DNA from: Tilletiaria anomala UBC 951
Taxonomy: Eukaryota
NCBI RefSeq assembly: GCF_000711695.1
Contig: NW_013547021.1
Coordinates: 248,001 to 312,000, forward strand
Direction of reading: 5' to 3'
DNA length: 64,000 nucleotides
The position numbers and the translations under genes were made by a program. Below the pieces are notes generated by a model that was not told the origin of the DNA, made no database searches, and worked only from the letters and a program-made list of their open reading frames with translations. Numbering within the stretch: position 1 is the first letter of the stretch; each line of letters starts with the position of its first letter. Shown here piece by piece: positions 62,357-64,000 of this stretch.

Positions 62357-64000
62357 TCACGCTTGGGCTGCGACCTCAGGTGCAGTACCTGGTGCTGGTG
62401 CAGCACGTCGTGTGAATTTGATGCGCGCGCCATCTTGCGGCTGTGGACAGGAAGGTGGGGCAAAAAGAATGGAAGTAGCTGCTTCAGTTCTGCTCCTGGT
62501 GCGTGTCGGGAAAATCTTACTCTCTGAAGCACACTCACGAAAATAGTCGCGATGACCTTCACCTTCTCGCTGAAGTCGGTGACTTCATGCTCCCAGTTCA
62601 TGCGCACAGACGCGGTACCGAGCACAGCAGCAAGGTGCAGCTGTGCATAATTATGCCCAATGCAGTTGTGCGGACCAGAGCCAAAGACAAGGTAGTTCTT
62701 CGGGTTCTTCTCCGCCGGGCTCTCTGGACCCTCCAGCCAGCGCTCCGGTTTGAGTTGCTCTGGATCCGGATAGGCGGTCGGGTCATGCAGGCTGTTCCAG
62801 AAGGACGGGATGACCATCGTGCCCTTGGGCGCGGTGTAGTTCTTGTCGATCGGGAACGCCTTGTGGGTGAGGTAGGGAACCATGATCACCGGCGGTTTGA
62901 GGCGCAAGCTCTCCTTGACCACCATGCGCGTGTACGGCATCGCGTCGAGCATGTCGAGCGTGAGCGGCGCGTAGATGTCGTCTCCACGCACGCGGTACTG
63001 CTCTTCGCGCACCTTGCGGAGGATGTCGGGCCGATCCGCAACGTGCTGGAAGAGGTACGTGAGGCCACTGGACATTGCATCTTGGGAGGCGAAAAGGAAG
63101 CTGAGGATGACCATTGCGATCTCCCTGTCCGAGAAGTCGCGCACCAGCACCCTCCGCGTCTCGGCCTCCAGATCGGCATTCTCCTTCTGTTCCCGTGCGT
63201 CAAGCATAGCCTTGACCCAGGCGTCTGTCAAGCACATCACCTCTCCGCCCTCGGCCATGCGCTTCTTGCTCTCGCGAGCCGTGTGCTCGAACCATCTCAT
63301 CGTCGTCTTGCGCGCCTTGATAGCATTGTACACCTTGGTCCCGGGCAAGGCAAATGGGAAGTTGACGAGCTCAAGGGCGACAGTGATGAGCCAGTAGTTA
63401 TCCGAGATCTGCTTGGCACCTTCGGGGGAGATGTAGTTGCCGCAGAACACGCGCAAAGAGGTCTCCATGTTCAGGTCGCGAAATTGCATCATATATGGCT
63501 GCGGATTGGGGTTTGGGTCATCCATCCACTCTTGGAAATACCGTTTGTAGATATCCTCCTGAATAGGCAGGTAGATGCTTAAAGCCTTGCGTGTAAAGAG
63601 GGTGTTGAGACCCTTACGGTAATCGACGTGTACTTTGCCATTGAGGAAGACCCTGAAAGAATATTTGTGATTGAGCCGTCAGCCACATACCTCAACTGTG
63701 CAGCGCCACCAGTCGTCGACATACCAGTTGTCAGGGCACAAAACCTTCTTGGCCGATGCGACGAGGCATGGCTCGGCATAGGTCGGGCTATTGAGGATCT
63801 TTCGGGTGTGCTCGTTCGATGAAGCGACAACGATGAATCTGTTGGAAGCCAGAAATCGTGCAGTCAGGAAAATCACGCAAGAAGCAGGTCCACACCGCGA
63901 GGTGCTTCCGATAAGCCATTCAGTATAGACGCACATATTGAAGACAGAAGCCACGCTGAGTGGACCAGAGTTCCAGCCCTTCATATAGTTTTCGAGGGTG
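62357..64000 (-). CDS. ERG5: Cytochrome P450 CYP61, sterol C-22 desaturase (5' end outside window)
   Basis: GPLSVASVFN, WVFLNGKVHVDYRKGLNTLFTRKAL, FLFASQDAMSS (I-helix), KESLRLKPPV (ExxR), PERW, FGSGPHNCIG (heme Cys); last intron about 62441-62538 gives ...IATIF|PQDGARIKF...AQA*. Confidence 0.95.

Noticed and set aside
26329..62359. Stop-codon readthrough (TGA CTA) producing cryptic peroxisomal isoforms, as known in Ustilago
   Set aside because: The stops checked (dioxygenase, ARO2, ERG5; also MDJ1, SET and the acetyltransferase) lack the TGA CTA context.
62503..63582. 359-aa plus-strand ORF
   Set aside because: Antisense shadow of ERG5.
1..64000. tRNA, rRNA, snRNA, TPP riboswitch, transposon or CRISPR array
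   Set aside because: No diagnostic motifs, terminal repeats, transposase/RT ORFs or repeat-spacer arrays seen by eye; a covariance-model scan is needed to exclude small RNAs.

Overview
Intron-containing, GC-rich fungal genomic DNA. Short GT-AG introns with CTRAY branch points and the gene content point to a basidiomycete, probably Ustilaginomycotina (inference). I can build about 15 intact genes: MDJ1, two tandem GPI-anchored Ser/Thr-rich cell-wall paralogs, LETM1/MDM38, a SET-domain protein, a LYC1-like GNAT acetyltransferase, a long XMAP215/STU2, a PhyH/PhnY-like Fe/2OG dioxygenase, ARO2, CTK3, a large GAF-domain protein, an MscS channel, an RXT2-like protein, a C2H2 transcription factor and a paxillin-like LIM protein. 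ERG5/CYP61 is present but truncated by the window edge. Three decayed pseudogenes are also present: an M19 dipeptidase, an alpha/beta hydrolase and a GIT1-like MFS transporter. I found no tRNA, rRNA, transposon or CRISPR. The best leads are (1) an intact PhnY-like dioxygenase head-to-head with a decayed GIT1-like transporter, a possible partly collapsed organophosph(on)ate-scavenging module; (2) a shared intron just before the GPI signal in both cell-wall paralogs, whose retention gives an immediate stop (possible anchored/secreted switch); (3) a hidden extra C-terminal exon of MDJ1; and (4) an RD/RS-rich tail on Ctk3. All gene models were built by hand from splice signals and recalled family motifs, with no database searches.
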